Shown: positions 50,156 to 63,789, counted from the stretch's first letter. The stretch is DNA of 64,000 bases from Bugula neritina (GCA_964035545.1 CAXIUT010000183.1:186001-250000), one strand, 5' to 3'. Made by a program: numbers and translations. Notes: generated by a model from the sequence alone, not told the origin.

Positions 50156-53100
50156 AAATACTGCAACATACTGAAATACACTGCAACGCACTGAAATACA
50201 TCGCAAAAGACTACAACATACTGAAATACACTGTAACATATTGATATACACTGCAACACATTGAAATATACTGCAACCTATAGAAATATATGGTAAACTA
50301 CTGAAATATACTGTAACACATTGAAAAATACTGCAACATACTGAAACATACTGCGACACATTGCAATATACTGTAACATACTGAAACATGCTGTAGCACA
50401 CTGAAATAGACTGCAGCTCACTGAAACATACTGCAACATACTGAAATTCACTGCAGCATCCTACAACATGCTGAAATACACTGTAACATATTGAAATACA
50501 CTGCAACACATTGAAATATACTGCAACATACCGCAATATATGGTAAACTACTGAAATATACTGTAACAGATTTCACAAATTCTGCAACATACTGAAATAT
50601 ACTGCGACACATTGCAATATACTGTAACATACTGAAATATGCTCTAGCACACTGAAATACACTGCAACCCACTGAAATATACTGCAACATACGGAAATAC
50701 ACTGCAACACATTGAAATACACTGCAACATACCAAAATAAATGGTAAACTACTGAAATATACTTTAACACATTGAAAAATACTGCAACATACTGAAATAT
50801 ACTGTAACACACTGAAATATACTGCAACATACTGAAATACACTGTAACATACTGAAATAAACTGCAACATACTGAAGTACACTGCAACATCCTACAACAT
50901 ACTGAAATACAATGTAACATATTGAAACACACTGCAACACATTGAAATATACTGCAATGTACCGAATTATATGGTGGACTACTGAAATATACTGTAACAC
51001 ATTGCAATATACTGTAACATACTGAAATATGCTGTAGCACACTGAAATACACTGCAACTCACTGAAACATACTGCAATATACTGAAATACACTGCAACAC
51101 ATTGAAATATACCTCAACCTACAGAAATAGGTGGTAAACTACTGAAATATACTGTAACACATTGAAAAATACTGCAACATACTGAAATATACTGCGACAC
51201 ATTGTAATATACTGTAACATACTGAAACATACTGTAGCACACTGAAATAGACTGCAGCTCACTGAAATATACTGCATTATACTGAAATTCACTGCAGCAT
51301 CCTACAACATGCTGAAATACACTGTAACATATTGAAATACACTGCAACAAACTACAACATATTGAAATACACTGCAACGCATTGAAAGACACTGCAACAC
51401 ATTGAAATATACTGCAATATACCAATATATATGGTAAACTGCTGAAATATACTTTAACACATTGAAAAATACTGCAACATACTGAAATATACTGTAACAC
51501 ACTGAAATATACTGCAACATACTGAAATACACTGCTAGATACTGAAATATACTGCAACATACTGCAACAATCTGAAATACACTGTAACATACTGAAATAC
51601 ACTGCAACAAACTACAACATATTGAAATACACTGCAACACATTGTAATATACTGCAACATACCTAAATATACGGTAATATACCGAAAAAAAAACTGTGAC
51701 AGATTGAAAAACTCCGCAACATACTGAAATAAACTGCAACACACTGAAATACACCGCAAAATACTACCACATACTGAAATACACTGTAACATATTGAAAT
51801 ACACTGCAACACTTTGAAATATACTGCAACATACCGAAATATATGGTAAACTACTAAAATATACTGTAACACTTTGAAAAACAGTGCAACATACTGAAAT
51901 ATACTGCGACACTTTGCAATGTTCTGTAACATACTGAAATATGCTGTAGCACACTGAAATACACTGCAACTCACTGAAATATACTGCAACATATTGAAAT
52001 ACACTGCAACATCCTACAACATGCTAAAATACACTGTAACATATTGAAATACAGTACAACACATTGAAATATACTGCAACATACCGGAATATATGGTAAA
52101 GTACTGAAATATACTGTAACACACTGAAAAATACTGCAACATACTGAAATATACTGCGACACATTGCAATATACTGCAACAAACCAAAATATATGGTAAA
52201 CTACTGAAATATACTTTAACACATTGAAAAGTACTGCAACATACTGAAATATACTGTAACACACTGAAATATACTGCAACATACTGAAATACACTGTAAC
52301 ATACTGAGATAAACTGCAACATACGAAAATATATGGTAAACTACTGAAATATAATTTAACACATTGAAAAATCCTGCAACATACTAAAATATACTGTAAC
52401 ACACTGCAAGATACTGCAACATACCGAAATACACTGTAACATAGTGAAACACACTGCAACATATTGCATTATACTGACATACACTGGAACATATTGAAAT
52501 ACACTGCAACATCCTACAACATGGTGAAATACACTGTAACATATTGAAATACACTGCAACAGATTGAAAAATACTGCAACATACAGAAATATATGGTAAA
52601 CTATTGAATTATACTGTAACACATTGAAAAATACTGAAACACACTGAAATATACTCTGACACAATGCAAAATACTGTAACATACTGAAATATGCTGTAGC
52701 ACACTGAAATACACTGCAACTCACTGAAATATACTGCAACATACTGAAAAACACTGTAACATATTGAGACATACTGCAACATACTGCAACATACTGAAAT
52801 ACACTGCAACATACTGAAATACATTGCAAAATACTGCAACATATTGAAATACACTGCAACACATTGAAATATACTGCAACATACCTAAATATCCGGTAAT
52901 ATACTGAAATATACTGTAACACATTGAAAAATACTGCAACATACTGAAATACACTGCAACCCACTGAAATACATCGCAAAAGACTACAACATACTGAAAT
53001 ACACTGTAACATATTGAAATACACTGCAACACATTGAAATATACTGCAACCTATAGAAATATATGGTAAACTACTGAAATATACTGTAACACATTGAAAA

Positions 53101-56100
53101 ATACTGCAACATACTGAAATATACTGTAACACACTGAAATATACTGCAACATACTGAAATACACTGTAACATACTGAAATAAACTGCAACATACTGAAGT
53201 ACACTGCAACATCCTACAACATACTGAAATACAATGTAACATATTGAAACACACTGCAACACATTGAAATATACTGCAATGTCCCGAATTATATGGTGGA
53301 CTACTGAAATATACTGTAACACATTGAAAAATACTGCAAGATACTGAAATATACTGCGACACATTGCAATATACTGTAACATACTGAAATATGCTACAGC
53401 ACACTGAAATACACTGCAACTCACTGAAATATACTGCAACATATTGAAATACACTGCAACATTCTACAACATGCTGAAACACACTGTAACGTATTGAAAT
53501 ACACTGCAACACATTGAAATATACAGCAACATACCGATATATATGGTAAACTACTGAAATAGACTGTAACACATTGCAAAAGACTGCAATATACTGAAAT
53601 ATACTGCGACACATTGCAATATACTGTAACATACTGAAATATGCTCTAGCACACTGAAATACACTGCAACTCACTGAAATATACTGCAACATACTGAAAT
53701 ACACTGCAACACAATGAAATATACTGCAACCTACAGAAAAAGGTGGTAAACTACTGAAATATACTGTAACACATTGAAAAACACTGCAACATACTGAAAT
53801 ATACTGCGACACATTGTAATATACTGTAACATACTGAAACATACTGCAGCACACTGAAATAGACTGCAGCTCACTGAAATATACTGCATTATACTGAAAT
53901 TCACTGCAGCATCCTACAACATGCTGAACTACACTGTAACATATTGAAATACACTGCAACAAACTACAACATATTGAAATACACTGCAACGCATTGAAAG
54001 ACACTGCAACACATTGAAATATACTGCAATATACCAATATATATGGTAAACTGCTGAAATACACTTTAACACATTGAAAAATACTGCAACATACTGAAAT
54101 ATACTGTAACACACTGAAATATACTGCAACATACTGAAATACACTGCTAGATACTGAAATATACTGCAACACACTGCAACAATCTGAAATACACTGTAAC
54201 ATACTGAAATACACTGCAACAAACTACAACATATTGAAATACACTGCAACACATTGAAATATACTGCAACATACCTAAATATACGGTAATATACCGAAAA
54301 AAAAACTGTGACAGATTGAAAAATTCCGCAACATACTGAAATAAACTGCAACACACTGAAATACACCGCAAAATACTACAACATACTGAAATACACTGTA
54401 ACATATTGAAATACACTGCAACACTTAGAAATATACTGCAACAAACCGAAATATATGGTAAACTACTAAAATATACTGTAACACTTTGAAAAACAGTGCA
54501 ACATACTGAAATATACTGCGACACTTTGCAATGTACTGTAACATACTGAAATATGCTGTAGCACACTGAAATACACTGCAACTCACTGAAATATACTGCA
54601 ACATATTGAAATACACTGCAACATCCTACAACATGCTAAAATACACTGTAACATATTGAAATACAGTACAACACATTGAAATATACTGCAACATGCCGGA
54701 ATATATGGTAAAGTACTGAAATATACTTTAACACATTGAAAAATACTGCAACATACTGAAATATACTGTAACACACTGAAATATACTGCAACATACTGAA
54801 ATACACTGTAACATACTGAGATAAACTGCAACATACGAAAATATATGGTAAACTACTGAAATATACTTTAACACATTGAAAAATCCTGCAACATACTAAA
54901 ATATACTGTAACACACTGCAAGATACTGCAACATACCGAAATACACTGTAACATATTGAAATACACTGCAACAGATTGAAAAATACTGCAACATACCGAA
55001 ATATATGGTAAACTATTGAATTATACTGTAACACATTGAAAAATACTGAAACACACTGAAATATACTCTGACACAATGCAAAATACTGTAACATACTGAA
55101 ATATGCTGTAGCACACTGAAATACACTGCAACTCACTGAAATATACTGCTACATACTGAAAAACACTGTAACATATTGAGACATACTGCAACATACTGCA
55201 ACATACTGAAATACACTGTAACATACTGAAATACATTGCAAAATACTGCAACATATTGAAATACACTGCAACACATTGAAATATACTGCAACATACCTAA
55301 ATATCCGGTAATATACTGAAATATACTGTAACACATTGAAAAATACTGCAACATACTGAAATACACTGCAACCCACTGAAATACATCGCAAAAGACTACA
55401 ACATACTGAAATACACTGTAACATATTGAAATACACTGCAACACATTGAAATATACTGCAACCTATAGAAATATATGGTAAACTACTGAAATATACTGTA
55501 ACACATTGAAAAATACTGCAACATACTGAAACATACTGCGACACATTGCAATATACTGTAACATACTGAAACATGCTGTAGCACACTGAAATAGACTGCA
55601 GCTCACTGAAATATACTGCAACATACTGAAATTCACTGCAGCATCCTACAACATGCTGAAATACACTGTAACATATTGAAATACACTGCAACACATTGAA
55701 ATATACTGCGACACATTGCAATATACTGTAACATACTGAAACATGCTGTAGCACACTGAAATAGACTGCAGCTCACTGAAATATACTGCAACATACTGAA
55801 ATTCACTGCAGCCTCCTACAACATACTGAAATACACTGTAACATACTGAAATAAACTGCAACATACTGAAGTACACTGCAACATCCTACAACATACTGAA
55901 ATACAATGTAACATATTGAAACACACTGCAACACATTGAAATATACTGCAATGTACCGAATTATATGGTGGACTACTGAAATATACTGTAACACATTGAA
56001 AAATACTGCAAGATACTGAAATATACTGCGACACATTGCAATATACTGTAACATACTGAAATATGCTACAGCACACTGAAATACACTGCAACTCACTGAA

Positions 56101-56414
56101 ATATACTGCAACATATTGAAATACACTGCAACATTCTACAACATGCTGAAACACACTGTAACGTATTGAAATACACTGCAACACATTGAAATATACAGCA
56201 ACATACCGAAATATATGGTAAACTACTGAAATATACTATAACACATTGAAAAATACTGCAACATACTGAAATATACTGTAACACACTGAAATATACTGCA
56301 ACATACTGAAATACACTGTAACATACTGAAATAAACTGCAACATACTGAAATACACTGCTACATACTGAAATATAACTCAACATACTGCAACGTACTGAA
56401 ATACACTGTAACAT

Positions 56415-59400
56415 ATTGAAATATACAGCAACATACCGAAATATATGGTAAACTACTGAAATAGACTGTAACACATTGCAAAAGACTGCAACATACTGAA
56501 ATATACTGCGACACATTGCAATATACTGTAACATACTGAAATATGCCCTAGCACACTGAAATACACTGCAACTCACTGAAATATACTGCAACATACTGAA
56601 ATACACTGCAACACATTGAAATATACCGCAACATACCAAAATATATGGTAAACTACTGAAATATACTTTAACACATTGAAAAATACTGCAACATACTGAA
56701 ATATACTGTAACACACTGAAATATACTGCAACATACTGAAATACACTGTAACATACTGAAATAAACTGCAACATACTGAAATACACTGCTACATACTGAA
56801 ATATAACTCAACATACTGCAACGTACTGAAATACACTGTAACATATTGAAATACACTGCAACATACTACAAAATATTGAATTACACTGCAACACATTGAA
56901 ATATACTCCAATATACCTAAATATACGGTAATATACCGAAAAACACTGTAACGCATCGAAAAATACTGCAACATACAGAAATACACTGCAACACTATAAT
57001 CCACTGCACAATACTACAACATACTGAAATACACTGTCACATATTGAAATACACTGCAACACATTGAAATATACTGCGACACATTGCAATATACTGTAAC
57101 ATACTGAAACATGCTGAAGCACACTGAAATACACTGCAGCTCACTGAAACATACTGCAACATACTGAAATTCACTGCAGCCTCCTACAACATGCTGAAAT
57201 ACACTGTAACATATTGAAATACACTGCAACACATTGAAATATACTGCAACATACCGCAATATATGGTAAACTACTGAAATATACTGTAACACATTGAAAA
57301 ATACTGCATCATACTGAAATCTACTGCGACACAATGCAATATTCTGTAACATACTGAGATATGCTGTAGCACACTGAAATACACTACAACTCACTGAAAC
57401 ATACTGCAACATACTGAAATACACTGTAACATCCTACAACATACTGAAATACACAGTAACATATTGAAATACACTGCAACACATTGAAATATACTGCAAC
57501 ATACCTAAATATACGGTAATATACTGAAATATACTGTAACACATTGAAAAATACTGCAAGATACTTGAATATACTGTGACACATTGCAATATACTGTAAC
57601 ATACTGAAATATGCTCAAGCACACTGAAATACACTGCACCTCACTGAAATATACTGCAACATACTGAAATACACTGCAACATCCTACAACATACTGAAAT
57701 ACACTGCAACATATTGAAAGACACTGCAAGACAATGAAATATACTGCAACATACCAAAATACATGGTAAAGTACTGAAATATATTTTAACACATTGAAAA
57801 ATACTGCAACATACTGAAATATACTGTAACACACTGAAATATACTGCAACATACTGAAATACACTGCAACATATTGAAAGACACTGCAAGACAATGAAAT
57901 ATACTGCAACATACTGAAATATACTGTAACACACTGAAATATACTGCAACATACTGAAATACACTGCTACATACTGAAATATATGGCAACATACTGCAAC
58001 ATACTGAAATACACTGTAACATACTGAAATACACTGTAACAAACTACAACATATTGAAATACACTGCAACACATTGAAATATACTGCAACATACCTAAAT
58101 TTACGGTAATATAGCGGAAAAAAACTGTAACAGATTGATAAATTCTGCAATATACTGAAATATACTGCGACACATTGCAATATACTGTAACATACTGAAA
58201 TATGCTCTAGCACACTGAAATACACTGCAACCTACTGAAATATACTGCAACAAACGGAAATACACTGCAACACATTGAAATACACTGCAACATACCAATA
58301 TAAATGGTAAACTACTGAAATATACTTTAACACATTGAAAAATACTGCAACATACTGAAATATACTGTAACACACTGAAATATACTGCAACATACTGAAA
58401 TACACTGTAACATACTGAAATAAACTGCAACATACTGAAGTACACTGCAACATCCTACAACATACTGAAATACAATGTAACATATTGAAACACACTGCAA
58501 CACATTGAAATATACTGCAATGTACCGAATTATATGGTGGACTACTGAAATATACTGTAACACATTGAAAAATACTGCAAGATACTGAAATATACTGCGA
58601 CACATTGCAATATACTGTAACATACTGAAATATGCTACAGCACACTGAAATACACTGCAACTCACTGAAATATACTGCAACATATTGAAATACACTGCAA
58701 CATTCTACAACATGCTGAAACACACTGTAACGTATTGAAATACACTGCAACACATTGAAATATACAGCAACATACCGAAATATATGGTAAACTACTGAAA
58801 TAGACTGTAACACATTGCAAAAGACTGCAACATACTGAAATATACTGCGACACATTGCAATATACTGTAACATACTGAAATATGCCCTAGCACACTGAAA
58901 TACACTGCAACTCACTGAAATACACTGCAACATACTGAAATACACTGCAACACATTGAAATATACCGCAACATACCAAAATATATGGTAAACTACTGAAA
59001 TATACTTTAACACATTGAGAAATACTGCAACATACTGAAATATACTGTAACACACTGAAATATACTGCAACATACTGAAATACACTGTAACATACTGAAA
59101 TAAACTGCAACATACTGAAATACACTGCTACATACTGAAATATAACTCAACATACTGCAACGTACTGAAATACACTGTAACATATTGAAATACACTGCAA
59201 CACACCACAAAATATTGAATTACACTGCAACACATTGAAATATACTCCAATATAGCTAAATATACGGTAATATACCGAAAAACACTGTAACGCATCGAAA
59301 AATACTGCAACATACAGAAATACACTGCAACACTATAATCCACTGCACAATACTACAACATACTGAAATACACTGTCACATATTGAAATACACTGCAACA

Positions 59401-60439
59401 CATTGAAATATACTGCGACACATTGCAATATACTGTAACATACTGAAACATGCTGTAGCACACTGAAATAGACTGCAGCTCACTGAAATATACTGCAACA
59501 TACTGAAATTCACTGCAGCCTCCTACAACATGCTGAAATACACTGTAACATATTGAAATACACTGCAACACATTGAAATATACTGCAACATACCGCAATA
59601 TATGGTAAACTACTGAAATATACTGTAACACATTGAAAAATACTGCATCATACTGAAATATACTGCGACACAATGCAATATTCTGTAACATACTGAGATA
59701 TGCTGTAGCACACTGAAATACACTACAACTCACTGAAACATACTGCAACATACTGAAATACACTGTAACATCCTACAACATACTGAAATACACAGTAACA
59801 TATTGAAATACACTGCAACACATTGAAATATACTGCAACATACCTAAATATACGGTAATATACTGAAATATACTGTAACAAATTGAAAAATACTGCAAGA
59901 TAATGAAATATACTGTGACACATTGCAATATACTGTAACATACTGAAATATGCTCAAGCACACTGAAATACACTGCACCTCACTGAAATATACTGCAACA
60001 TACTGAAATACACTGCAACATCCTACAACATACTGAAATACACTGCAACATATTGAAAGACACTGCAAGACAATGAAATATACTGCAACATACCAAAATA
60101 CATGGTAAACTACTGAAATATATTTTAACACATTGAAAAATACTGCAACATACTGAAATATACTGTAACACACTGAAATATACTGCAACATACTGAAATA
60201 CACTGCAACATATTGAAAGACACTGCAAGACAATGAAATATACTGCAACATACTGAAATATACTGTAACACACTGAAATATACTGCAACATACTGAAATA
60301 CACTGCTACATACTGAAATATACGGCAACATACTGCAACATACTGAAATACGCTGTAACATACTGAAATACACTGTAACAAACTACAACATATTGAAATA
60401 CACTGCAACACATTGAAATATACTGCAACATACCTAAAT
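56415..60439. repeat. Duplication at offset 2339 in the divergent right-hand domain
   Basis: ORF pairs 56789/59128, 57014/59353 and 57786/60125. The unusual segment cactataatccactgcacaatac is shared at ~56992 and ~59331. Confidence 0.88.
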
Positions 60440-63053
60440 ATCCGGTAATATACTGAAATATACTGTAACACATTGAAAAATACTGCAACATACTGAAATA
60501 CACTGCAACCCACTGAAATACATCGCAAAAGACTACAACATACTGAAATATACTGTAACACACTGAAATATACTGCAACATACTGAAATACACTGAAACA
60601 TACTGAAATAAACTGCAACATACCAAAATATATGGTAAACTACTGAAATATACTGTAACACACTGAAAAATACTGCAACATACTGAAATATACTGCGACA
60701 CATTGCAATATACTGCAACATACCAAAATATATGGTAAACTACTGAAATATACTTTAACACATTGAAAATTACTGCAACATTCTGAAATATACTGTAACG
60801 CACTGAAATATACTGCAACAAACTGAAATACACTGTAACATATTGAAATGAACTGCAACAAACCAAAATATATGGTTAACTACTGAAATATACTTTAACA
60901 CATTGAAAAATACTGCAACATACTAAAATATACCAGAACACACTGCAAGATACTGCAACATTCCGAAATACACTGTAACATACTGAAACACACTGCAACA
61001 TACTGCATTATACTGACATACACTGGAACATATTGAAATACACTGCAACATCCTACAACATGCTGAAATACACTGTAACATATTGAAATACACTGCAACA
61101 CAATGAAATATACTGTAACATACCAAAATATATGGTAAACTACTGAAATATACTTTAACACATTGAAAAATACTGCAACATACTGAAATATACTGTAACA
61201 CACTGAAATATACTGCAACATACTGAAATACACTGTAACATACTGAAATAAACTGTAACATACTGAAATACACTGCAACATCCTACAACATACTGAATTA
61301 CACTGTAACATTGTGAAATACACTGCAACACATTGAAAAATACTGCAACATACCGAAATATACGGTAAACTATTGAATTATACTGTAACACATTGAAAAA
61401 TACTGAAACACACTGAAATATACTCTGACACAATGCAATATACTGTAACATACTGAAATATGCTGTAGCACACTGAAATACACTGCAACTCACTGAAATA
61501 TACTACAACATACTGAAAAACACTGTAACATATTGAAACATACTGCAACATACTACAACATATTGAAATACACTGCAACACATTGAAATATACTGCAACA
61601 TACCTAAATATCCGGTAATATACTGAAATATACTGTAACACATTGAAAAATACTACAACATACTGAAATACACTGTAACATATTGAAATACACTGCAACA
61701 CATTGAAATATACTGCAACCTATAGAAATATATGGTAAACTACTGAAATATACTGTAACACATTGAAAAATACTGCAACATACTGAAACATACTGCGACA
61801 CATTGCAATATACAGTAACATACTGAAACATGCTGCAGCACACTGAAATAGACTGCAGCTCACTGAAATATACTGCATCATACTGAAATACACTGCTACA
61901 TACTGAAATATACTGCAACATACTGCAACATACTAAAATACACTGTAACATACTGAAATACACTGCAACAAACTACAACATATTGAAATACACTGCAACA
62001 CATTGAAATATACTGCAACATAACTAAATATACGGTAATATACCGAAAAAAAAACTGTAACAGATTGAAAAATTCTGCAACATACTGAAATACACTGCAA
62101 CCCACTGAAATACATCGCAAAATACTACAACATACTGAAATACACAGTAACATATTGAAATACACTGCAACACATTGAAATATACTGCAACATACCTAAA
62201 TATACGGTAATATACTGAAATATACTGTAACACATTGAAAAATACTGCAAGATAATGAAATATACTGTGACACATTGCAATATACTGTAACATACTGAAA
62301 TATGCTCAAGCACACTGAAATACACTGCACCTCACTGAAATATACTGCAACATACTGAAATACACTGCAACATCCTACAACATACTGAAATACACTGCAA
62401 CATATTGAAAGACACTGCAAGACAATGAAATATACTGCAACATACCAAAATACATGGTAAACTACTGAAATATATTTTAACACATTGAAAAATACTGCAA
62501 CATACTGAAATATACTGTAACACACTGAAATATACTGCAACATACTGAAATACACTGCAACATATTGAAAGACACTGCAAGACAATGAAATATACTGCAG
62601 AATACTGAAATATACTGTAACACACTGAAATATACTGCAACATACTGAAATACACTGCTACATACTGAAATATACGGCAACATACTGCAACATACTGAAA
62701 TACACTGTAACATACTGAAATACACTGTAACAAACTACAACATATTGAAATACACTGCAACACATTGAAATATACTGCAACATACCTAAATATCCGGTAA
62801 TATATTGAAATATACTGTAACACATTGAAAAATACTGCAACATACTGAAATACACTGCAACCCACTGAAATACATCGCAAAAGACTACAACATACTGAAA
62901 TATACTGTAACACACTGAAATAAACTGCAACATACTGAAATACACTGAAACATACTGAAATAAACTGCAACATACCAAAATATATGGTAAACTACTGAAA
63001 TATACTGTAACACACTGAAAAATACTGCAACATACTGAAATATACTGCGACAC
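59773..63053. repeat. ~930-bp duplication at offset 2352 (59773..60701 / 62125..63053), second copy interrupted by the transposon
   Basis: ORF pairs 59773/62125, 59980/62332 and 60125/62477. Shared variants gataatgaaa, gctcaagc, gcacctcac and tacggcaac. Confidence 0.9.
63052..63053. other. 2-bp target-site duplication AC (left copy; right copy 63809..63810)
   Basis: The filled site reads gcgac-AC-[element]-AC-attgcaa. The empty paralogous site at 60691..60710 reads tactgcgacacattgcaata, with a single AC at that position. Confidence 0.9.
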
Positions 63054-63072
63054 CACAGGATAGTTAAGGGCA
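63054..63072 (+). repeat. Left terminal inverted repeat CACAGGATAGTTAAGGGCA
   Basis: Exact reverse complement of 63790..63808. After one A/T mismatch the match continues for CCT. Confidence 0.97.
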
Positions 63073-63124
63073 ACCTTTTAGCTGCAACTGCCTTGCTGAG
63101 GTTTGCATTGTAATCATATAAGAA

Positions 63125-63399
63125 TTCAGTACCAGTAAAATAAAATCTCACCTAATTGTGCTAGAGTCAAAATTTAAAAACTATATTGTAGATCTTCTTT
63201 TTCTCCAGTGTAAGTTTTTTGGAAATTTCAATTTTCATTTTTTTTGCGAAGTTATAGACAAAAAACTGCCGAATTTTGGCCAATTTGCCTGAAAAGCTGA
63301 CTTTTCAGTACCAGTAAAATATCTCAGCAGCAAAGCATGATATCTGAATAAAAATTGCACTGCTGGAATCCTGAGATATTTCTCCAGTGTAAGTTTTTT
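63125..63399 (+). repeat. Internal bipartite direct repeat of the transposon, 179-bp register
   Basis: TTCAGTACCAGTAAAATA occurs at 63125..63142 and 63304..63321. TTTCTCCAGTGTAAGTTTTTT occurs at 63200..63220 and 63379..63399. Both pairs are offset by exactly 179 bp, and the spacers are poorly similar. Confidence 0.9.
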
Positions 63400-63789
63400 T
63401 CTTTTTTCAATAACTCTGCTAGATTGCTCATAAATTGGTGATTTATACACTGAAAATGCCATATTTTCTCATAAGAAACTAGCAGCGCGCAGCACTTCAC
63501 GCTTCACTGAGCACGTAGGGATGAGAAGATATTGGCGCCTACATAATAATTACAGGCTAGCTAACTGGCAGGCTATAATGAATAGCTTGCTTTGTACTTT
63601 GTTTATGTAGCACCAATAATGGAATGTTGATAGATAACGCAGCCCTAACGAAGGTTGCTGCTTATTGGTTGTAGTTTAATCTTAGGCTAAACAATTACAA
63701 GTAGGCAACACGCATGCCACCCGCAGAGCAATATTATTCAAGAACCTGAACTACATTTTGAGAGAAATTTATGATATTCTTAGTGAGGA

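Larger units (their letters stand above)
1..63053. repeat. Satellite DNA array: degenerate 10-bp monomer (ACTG[C/A/T]AA[C/T]A[T/C]) organised as a 20-bp dimer ACTGAAATAY-ACTGYAACAY, with higher-order repeat structure
   Basis: Every 10-nt block is a variant of actgcaacat/actgaaatat/actgtaacac/attgaaatac. The orientation never changes (A/C-rich, G-poor + strand). The array runs off the left edge of the window and is interrupted only at 63054. Confidence 0.99.

Noticed and set aside
1-63053. CRISPR-like or repeat-spacer array, given the regularly recurring TACC...GGTA landmarks
   Set aside because: The intervals are satellite decamers of variable length (100-330 bp), not unique spacers. There are no cas genes and no leader.
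186-63056. Hundreds of minus-strand ORFs (up to 549 aa) rich in C, S, V, F, Q, Y, I and L
   Set aside because: They are translation artefacts. The 10-bp period cycles all frames through the same words, the minus strand rarely contains stops, and the plus strand has TGA/TAA in most decamers. All three minus frames are open and overlap with the same pseudo-peptide, with no frame preference or recognisable domain.
63054-63085. TIR start CACAGGA resembles the V(D)J RSS heptamer CACAGTG (Transib/ProtoRAG-like end)
   Set aside because: There is no nonamer-like ACAAAAACC at 12 or 23 bp spacing; the nearest similar word is ~200 bp inside. The TSD is 2 bp, not the 5 bp of Transib/RAG transposons.
63235-63462. 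75-aa ORF inside the transposon, plus junction-spanning ORFs 62885..63151 and 63734..63970
   Set aside because: Short, no transposase or other recognisable motif, and it runs through T/A tracts and the internal repeat. The junction ORFs are satellite/element chimeras.
63280-63668. Five CCAAT/ATTGG words and a CpG-containing patch (63481..63540) suggesting a promoter in the element
   Set aside because: One or two such 5-mers are expected by chance in 755 bp of AT-rich DNA, so the excess is mild. Orientations are mixed and there is no downstream gene or transcript evidence.
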